NCBI GenBank assembly: GCA_947464275.1 | Contig: CANHVU010000011.1 | Location: 23,429 to 87,428, forward strand | Direction of reading: 5' to 3' | Source: Bacteroidota bacterium | GTDB lineage: Bacteria; Bacteroidota; Bacteroidia; UKL13-3 | Length of the DNA: 64,000 bases | In this document: positions 49,811 through 57,100 of the stretch, piece by piece | Position numbering within the stretch: position 1 is the first letter of the stretch | How the letters are laid out: every line of letters begins with the position of its first letter | The notes under the pieces: generated by a model | What the model was told of the DNA's origin: nothing | What the model saw: the letters and a program-made list of their open reading frames with translations, nothing else | Database searches by the model: none | Program-made: the position numbers and the translations under genes

Positions 49811-49979
49811 TTCTCCGCAGTCGCTCGCATCTTGCGAGTGAGCATTTTATAAAGTCTCTGGCTTGTATAAATTTTAACCGCTTAAACAAAAACTAAAGCG
49901 GTTTTTTTAAGTGTTTTTGTATTTCAAGCAAACAATTATTTTTACTTTGTTTTTTTAGGTTTTATGTAGATGTTTACAA
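49811..49979 (+). repeat. Cassette module copy C (complete)
   Basis: Hairpin 1 pairs tcgctcgca (49821-49829) with tgcgagtga (49833-49841). Hairpin 2 is ccgctt...aagcgg followed by a T7 run (to ~49908). The AT box attatttttactttgtttttttaggttttatgtagatgtttacaa ends at 49979. Confidence 0.9.
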
Positions 49980-50064
49980 TAGGATTTTGAATAACAAACT
50001 AGAGAAATAAAACAGCTATGACATAAAGCTCATAGCAGCTTAAAAATAGAACTAAAAGAAAAAC

Positions 50065-50634
50065 ATGAAACTAAATAAAAGAATTATAGCTTTACTGATA
50101 GGGTTCGCGGTTATTGGGTCACTAACTTACTATGTTCTCACAAGTGAAAAAGAAAAGGCAGCAGTTACAACCGAAACACCTATTACCAATCCGGAGCAAG
50201 ATACAGTTGCTACTGCTCAGGTAATTCAGGAAGATACCATGTCGTTCGAAAAAATTCAAAAAGCGCTGAACATTGATGGTGAAGAATTTAAACTAACCAA
50301 AGTTAAAGGAGTTTATACCAATTCAGCTAAAGACAAAGTGCTGATTATAAAGGAAGATGTATGGAAAAAGATGATTCAAAAAATACAGGAAAAACTTCCA
50401 GTGATAGCCGAAGATTGTAATTCAAAAGAGAAAATGCCAAACTTAAAAGAATATAAATTTGTTGGATTACTCACCTACTTTACCGATAGTAAAGACAGTA
50501 AAATAACCACTGCATACAAAGCGATTGAAATTAGAAATGGCAAAGCAAAAACATTTGCAGGTGGCGGAATTTGTTGCGATTGTGAGGGAGAACCTCTTAT
50601 AACGCAACAAACAGATGCAGTAATTGATAAGTAA
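50065..50634 (+). CDS. Hypothetical membrane-anchored protein
   Basis: 189 aa. The N-terminal TM helix is IIALLIGFAVIGSLTYYVL. The C-terminus has a Cys cluster, GGGICCDCEGE. Confidence 0.55.
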   Translation: MKLNKRIIALLIGFAVIGSLTYYVLTSEKEKAAVTTETPITNPEQDTVATAQVIQEDTMSFEKIQKALNIDGEEFKLTKVKGVYTNSAKDKVLIIKEDVWKKMIQKIQEKLPVIAEDCNSKEKMPNLKEYKFVGLLTYFTDSKDSKITTAYKAIEIRNGKAKTFAGGGICCDCEGEPLITQQTDAVIDK

Positions 50635-50641
50635 TTTCACC

Positions 50642-51775
50642 ATGAAAAAGTATTTCCCCTCCATACATTTTTTTACTTTATGTGCCTTATTAATTTTTGC
50701 CACTGCTTGTAACGAAGCAGTTAAAAAAGATGCACTAAAAGAAAAGGAACATCCTAAATTGATAAAAACCATTGGAGACCCAAAGTATGGTAATGTTCAA
50801 TGCATTTTGGAAGATAAAGCCGGTAACCTTTGGTTTGGTACTACCGAAAATGGACTTTATAAATTTGATGGAAAAATATTTAGTAGGTATTTAGTGAACG
50901 ATGGCCTAAACAGCAATAATATTTCTTGTATTTTAGAAGATAAAGAAGGAAAAATTTGGATAGGTACACACGCAGGACTTTGTATTTACAATCCATCCGC
51001 TTCTATAAAAAAAGGTGATAAACTATTTACCGAAATAAAAATTCCTTTACCTAAAAACCTACCACTTAATAAAAACGAATACTACCTAAACTCGCATTGG
51101 GTATTTAATATGATGCAAGCAAAAAACGGAAAAATTTGGTTTGCAACCATAGATGGTGTTTATATTTACGATGGTAAAACATTTACACATTTTCCAATTA
51201 ACAAGGCCTCGGGTGGCTTTTTAAGCAGCAATTATAATATGGAACGTATATTTGAAGACAATGCTGGTAATATTTGGTTTGGAGGACGAGGAAATGAAGG
51301 TGTTTATAGATACGATGGTAAAACTATCACCAACTTTAAATTAGAAGACTTATTCCAAAATGGACCAAAGCCAAAACCGCATCATTGGGCTTGGCCTCAA
51401 TTGCAAGATAAAAATGGAAATATTTGGTTCAGCAATTGGGGTGGTGTTTACCGCTATAATCCTTCGGGTTTGGCAAATAAAGAAGTTAATCCATTTACCA
51501 GTTTTACTAAAAAAGATGGATTATCTGGTGGCGTTACCAAAATAATAGAAGATAAAAACGGAAACCTCTGGCTTGGCGGTGATGCAGGCTCTGGCCTTAG
51601 CCGTTATGATGGAAAATCTTTTACTCGATTTACAAAAAAAGATGGCTTACTTAATAATAGCATTTGGTCTATTTTAGAAGATAAAAACGGAAATATTTGG
51701 GTAGGTACAAGAGAAACAGGCTTATACCTTTTTGACGGAAAATCATTTATTACTTATTCGGAATACAAAGAGTAA
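50642..51775 (+). CDS. Lipoprotein with two-component-regulator-propeller type repeats
   Basis: The start is MKKYFPSIHFFTLCALLIFATAC (lipobox). Six or more repeats of the GN(I/L)WFGT..GLY.(F/Y)DGK.F type are present. Confidence 0.75.
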   Translation: MKKYFPSIHFFTLCALLIFATACNEAVKKDALKEKEHPKLIKTIGDPKYGNVQCILEDKAGNLWFGTTENGLYKFDGKIFSRYLVNDGLNSNNISCILEDKEGKIWIGTHAGLCIYNPSASIKKGDKLFTEIKIPLPKNLPLNKNEYYLNSHWVFNMMQAKNGKIWFATIDGVYIYDGKTFTHFPINKASGGFLSSNYNMERIFEDNAGNIWFGGRGNEGVYRYDGKTITNFKLEDLFQNGPKPKPHHWAWPQLQDKNGNIWFSNWGGVYRYNPSGLANKEVNPFTSFTKKDGLSGGVTKIIEDKNGNLWLGGDAGSGLSRYDGKSFTRFTKKDGLLNNSIWSILEDKNGNIWVGTRETGLYLFDGKSFITYSEYKE

Positions 51776-51852
51776 GTTAAGTAGTGGATTGGTTTATTGC
51801 CTATAGGTTCATCAAAACAAGCTTTTTAAACCTTACCAAATAATAGAAAATT

Positions 51853-52386
51853 ATGGAAACACTTTCAACCTTATTAAATTATACATTTTATGCTTTTACT
51901 CTGTTGGCAATTTTGCTTTTTATAGGTTATTGGATTGTTCCAACTTACAGACCAACTATTAGCAAATTAATTAAACTATCATACATTTATCTATTGATTA
52001 CTTCACTCATTTACCTAGGGCAATCTATCTTTCAATTTATTACTTATTTGGGAGAAAATGACGAATGGGAACAATATGCGTTTACCAACCGACTCTTTGG
52101 ACCTTTTTGGTTTGCCTATTGGGGTGCGTTGTTTTGTAAAGGTTTCATACCTCAAATTTTATGGATAAAAAAAATCAGACAAAACATTTGGACAGCTATT
52201 ATACTAGTTCCATTCTTACTCTTTAATTTTTATATACCATGGCTTTATTTGTTAAGCACAGATTCACCGTCATCAATTGGTATCATTAATCTTGACTTTA
52301 CTAAGGTGTTTATTTTCTTTATCATTTCTACAATTTTATTGGTGGTTTCATTTTTTATTATTGAAAAAAAAGTAATCAATAAGTAA
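51853..52386 (+). CDS. Hypothetical polytopic membrane protein
   Basis: 177 aa with five hydrophobic helices. No family recognised. Confidence 0.55.
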   Translation: METLSTLLNYTFYAFTLLAILLFIGYWIVPTYRPTISKLIKLSYIYLLITSLIYLGQSIFQFITYLGENDEWEQYAFTNRLFGPFWFAYWGALFCKGFIPQILWIKKIRQNIWTAIILVPFLLFNFYIPWLYLLSTDSPSSIGIINLDFTKVFIFFIISTILLVVSFFIIEKKVINK

Positions 52387-52420
52387 GATTATGATGTTTA
52401 AAAAACTTTAATTAATCGAA

Positions 52421-52936
52421 TTAATACTCTATTTGCTTTACTCTTAACCATTCACTTTTATTTATTTCATTGGTATCAATTGGAGTTGCATACCTAAAAT
52501 AAGGCGTAAAATTACTTACTTTAAAAAAACCTGGAGTTGAAGGACTGCTATCGTTAGCACCGCAGCCAAAACTACGTTTTTCAATTTTAATAGTTGATTG
52601 CTGTTTATGTTCAAACAAAACTTTATCGGTGGTCCAAGCACACATTCCTCCTACAAATATCATGATAGTCATTATAGCAATAGAACCAAAACAAGCAAAA
52701 ATGGTAAGTATTATTTTAGAAATTATTTCAACCCAAGATTCTTTCTTTTTTATAGTTCCAGTTAAGGTAAAAACTATGGCAATTGGTACCCCATAAAACC
52801 TAATGGAATAATACAAATGTTCAACCTTTTGCGAAGCAAATTCTAAAGGAACAAAATTACTTAATACTGCAGCTCCTAGCCAAAAGATTAGCATAAACAA
52901 GGCTGTTCTATAAATTACTTTTAACAATAGCTGCAT
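52421..52936 (-). CDS. Hypothetical membrane protein
   Basis: 171 aa with four hydrophobic helices and then a soluble C-terminal part. It is convergent with 51853-52386. Confidence 0.5.
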   Translation of the reverse strand: MQLLLKVIYRTALFMLIFWLGAAVLSNFVPLEFASQKVEHLYYSIRFYGVPIAIVFTLTGTIKKKESWVEIISKIILTIFACFGSIAIMTIMIFVGGMCAWTTDKVLFEHKQQSTIKIEKRSFGCGANDSSPSTPGFFKVSNFTPYFRYATPIDTNEINKSEWLRVKQIEY

Positions 52937-53227
52937 GGGTTAATTTTGAGGTATTAAATACTCTATTTCAAAAAATAAATGATTATCTAATAAATATTTT
53001 TACTTCTAAATTCTTGGGTTGTTTTTAACCCTTAAAATTGATTTTTTCCTTTGATTAAATAAGATAATTCAAGCATAATTATAGCTTATTTTATTCAATA
53101 TTATTAATAGTATCCAAACAATTTTTTGATAGTTTGAATACGTTTTTTTATACGATAATACACTAGATTCAAAACATGTATACTACAGTATTTTATGATA
53201 CCTTTTGTTAATTGATTAAAAAACAGA

Positions 53228-53632
53228 CTAACGAATTGGTTGTTTTATAGCATTCATTTTTATTTTGATTGACTCATACAATTCCATGGTTTTATTATCC
53301 ATTTTACTTTTTGCTGAATCCAAATGTTGCTCCATTGAATTGTATTTATTTAATGTTTGTAATGAATTGTTATTCCAATGGTTTGTAGTATCTAATAAAT
53401 TTGAATGTTTTTCAATAATGGTATCAACAACAACTTCATCGGGCTCTGTTGGCGATTTAGGCACTTCCATAAATAGGGTATCAACTCCTGTTAAATACTC
53501 AGTATTAGCAGCCAATATGGAGTCAGTATATGCCTTGAAAGAATTTACTTCATCAATAATTTCATTTTTTTCGGTTCCACAAGCAAAAATTAAAGTAATA
53601 ACTGCAATTGCTAAATGATTTGTATTTTTCAT
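53228..53632 (-). CDS. Hypothetical lipoprotein
   Basis: 134 aa. The lipobox is AIAVITLIFAC. The rest is predicted to be helical. Confidence 0.55.
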   Translation of the reverse strand: MKNTNHLAIAVITLIFACGTEKNEIIDEVNSFKAYTDSILAANTEYLTGVDTLFMEVPKSPTEPDEVVVDTIIEKHSNLLDTTNHWNNNSLQTLNKYNSMEQHLDSAKSKMDNKTMELYESIKIKMNAIKQPIR

Positions 53633-53702
53633 AGTTTGTATTTTTTAACTAATTGCAAATAAGTCAAAATAAATTTTAGGGCAAGCAAAAAAATTAGTTT
53701 CC

Positions 53703-53786
53703 AAACTCGCTCGCATCTTGTGAGTGAGCATTTCATCAAGCTTATGGCTTAAAACAGCCTCAGCTAAAACTTAATCGGTTTTTTTA
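53703..53786 (+). repeat. Cassette module copy D (hairpin 1 intact, terminator stem degenerate, no AT box)
   Basis: Hairpin 1 pairs ctcgctcgca (53706-53715) with tgtgagtgag (53719-53728), 10 bp including two G.U pairs. It continues catttcatcaagcttatggctt...ctaaaacttaatcggttttttt. Confidence 0.8.
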
Positions 53787-53940
53787 CAAAAACGCTTCCT
53801 ACTATCAATAAATTAATCAATATGACTTTTTAATCCTAAAGGTATCGTACAAGTATAGTGGCAGCGCATTTCGACAAGGTCAATGTCCGACCTTTAACAA
53901 ATCAATCGCGCCTTGCGTGATAACAATACAACAGTTCAAC

Positions 53941-54030
53941 CATCCAACAATTAAAACTTCAACACCTCGAACTTCCAAACATCAACATATCAAACTTTAA
54001 CACTTTAAAAACTTCAACACTCAAAATCAT
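53941..54030. repeat. Word repeat block (aacttcaacac / actttaacac family)
   Basis: aaacttcaacacctcgaacttccaaacatcaacatatcaaactttaacactttaaaaacttcaacactcaaaatc. It uses the same word family and orientation as 9397-9437. Confidence 0.8.
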
Positions 54031-54129
54031 TAACAATTTGATTAAACTATATTAATGTATTAGTTACTCAGTGTTAACCATTCGATTTTATTAAAACCCT
54101 CTTTTTGCAGTTCATAATTAACATAAAAT

Positions 54130-57100
54130 ATGAACAACTCTATTTACAAATTATTGGGTTTAATGCTGTTTTCGTTATGCAGTATTTTAACCAAAGCGCA
54201 AATCAATGCGCAATTTTTAGGGCGATATTCTATTGGAACCTATAATTCCAATGGCGGTGTAGCCGAAATCTCTGCTTTCGATCCTGCATCCAAACGCATG
54301 TTTGTGATTAACGGACCCGACACCACTGTTAAAATTGTAAACATTGCCAATCCTGCAAGTCCAGTTTTAATAGCTACACTTTCTATTAAACCTTATGGTA
54401 TTGATATCAATTCAATTGCTTGTAATAAAAAGGGTTTAATAGCCATGGCTGTAGTTGACTCGAACGGAAAAACCAATCCAAGTAGTATAGTATTTACCGA
54501 CATTAACGGAAACTTTATTAGCAAGGTAAAAGCAGGTGCCAATACCGATCATATCATTTTTACTTCTGACGGAAAAAAATTATTATGTGCCAACGAAGGC
54601 GAACCAAATAATGGTTACACCATTGACCCAGAAGGTTCAATCTCTATTATTGATTTAAGCAATGGAGCTGCTAATTTAACGCAAGCCAGTGTACAAACTG
54701 CTGGTTTCACTGCTTTTAATGCTCCAGCAACCATTGATTCTAAAATAAAAATTACTGGCCGAATACAATCTGGAGGCAGTTTTTTACGCAACTCTACCGT
54801 AGCTGAAGATATAGAACCCGAATATATTGCCATATCTGAAGATAATTCAACTGCTTGGGTTACTTGCCAAGAAAACAATGCCTTGGCTGTGGTTAATATT
54901 AACACTGCAACCGTTACTTCATTATTACGTTTAGGATTTAAAAACCATAATTTATCAGGCAATGGATTAGACCCTTCAGACCAATCAGGTGCAGGTAATA
55001 CCGCTTCAATTAGTATTGCTAATTGGCCAGTATTTGGCATGTACCAACCAGATGGAATTTCTAGCTACAGAGTTGGTGGTCAAACTTTTTTAGTTACTGC
55101 CAATGAAGGTGATGCCCGCGCAGATTGGGGAGCAGCCAATAATGAAGAAGTACGTGTTAACAATGCTTCTTTTATATTAGATACCGTTAAATTTGGTGGT
55201 GCTTCAAATGTGAGTGCTTTAAAAGCAAATGCTGGTTTAGGCAGACTAAATGTTACAAACCGCTATGGCGATTTTAACAACGATGGTAAATTTGATAGCA
55301 TATTTACTTTTGGTGCACGTTCATTTTCTATTTGGGATGGTGCTACTGGTGCATTGGTTTGGGATAGTAAGGACGATTTTGAACAACGCACTGCTGCTAT
55401 GTTTCCAAGCAATTTTAATGCTGGACATACAACTAATTCATTAGATGATAGAAGTGATAACAAAGGACCTGAACCAGAAAGTGTAACAATTGGTAAAATA
55501 TTAGATAGTACTTATGCATTTGTAGGCCTTGAGCGTATTGGTGGTTTTTTTGTTTATAATATCACCAATCCCAATTCACCTTATTTTGTTCAATATATAA
55601 ATACCCGTAATTTTAGTGTAACTCCTAACCAAGCTAATTTAGCCACTGTTGGCGATTTAGGACCTGAGGGAATTGTTTTCATTCCGAGAAACGAAAGTCC
55701 AAATGGAAAAGATTTAATCTTGTTATCAAATGAAGTTTCAGGTACAGTTGCAATTTATCAGGTTAACTCACGCAGTGCATTCCAAATGCAAGTATTACAT
55801 GCATCAGATATGGAAAGCGGATTAGATGCACCCATTGATGCACCTAACTTTGCTGCTGTTTTAGATACTTTAGAAGGTACATACCCAAATACAGTAAAAC
55901 TAGCATCAGGCGATTGCTTTATTCCTAGTCCATTTTTAAGTGCTGGTGAAGATCCAAGCATGCAAACTCCTTTACGCAATACTGCATCGTTTTATTACAG
56001 CGGTTCGCAAGCTGTTAGAGCTGCTATTGGAAGAACCGATGTTGCCATGATGAATATTATGGGTTTTCAAGGTTCGGCCTTTGGTAACCATGAGTTTGAT
56101 TTAGGTACTTCGGAAGTAAACAGCATTATTGGTGTTGATATAAGAAGTAATGGTGCCGACAAACGTTGGATTGGTGCTCAATTTCCTTATTTGAGTGCTA
56201 ACTTAAACTTTAGTAACGATGTTAATTTAAGCTATTTAACCACCACACAACGTTTATCGGTTGATAGTTTTAAAACTTCTCCAACCATTACAAATAATAA
56301 CCAAAAGAAAGGTATTGCGCCTTCTGCAATTATTGAAATGAATGGCGAAAGAGTAGGTATAGTTGGTGCCACTACACAGGTATTAGCCTCTATTTCATCT
56401 CCAGGTGCTACTACAGTTATAAGTGGTGGAAGTGATAATATGCCAGCATTGGCAGCGGTATTACAACCAGTTATTGACTCATTAAAAGCAATGGGTATCA
56501 ATAAAATTATTGTAATGAGCCATTTGCAACAATTAGCTAATGAAAAAGCTTTAGCACCGTTATTGAAAGGTGTTGACATTATTATTGCTGGTGGTTCACA
56601 TTCATTATGTGCCGATGGCAATGACAGATTAAGAGCTGGAATTCCAGTTGCAGATAGATATCCAATTTTAACTGTTAACAACGATAATGAACCATTGGCT
56701 ATTTTAAACACAACTAGTGAGTGGAAATACATTGGTCGTTTTGTTTGCGATTTTGATTCATTAGGAAGATTATTACCAAACTTATTAGATTCAAACATAA
56801 ATGGTGCATATGCTGCCGATACAGCTATGGTTACTAGCTTATGGGGAACATACAGTGCTGCCTTTGCAAACGGAACAAAAGCAGGTGCAGTAAGAACTTT
56901 AACTACTGCTATTTCGGCTGTAATTAACTCAAAAGATGGTAACAAATTTGGTAAGTCAAATGTGTTTTTAGAAGGTAGAAGAAACTTAGTAAGAACAGAA
57001 GAGACCAACTTTGGAAATTTAACTGCCGATGCCAACCTATGGTATGCTCGTCAGTATGATAACCAAGTAAGAATTTCTATAAAAAATGGTGGCGGTATTC

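Noticed and set aside
56232-57035. A 267-aa minus-strand ORF (and several 60-140 aa ORFs) inside the giant CDS
   Set aside because: They are antisense to a well-supported 1988-aa frame that carries clear metallophosphatase/5'-nucleotidase motifs. The long antisense frame is explained by codon bias, and it has no signal or motif.
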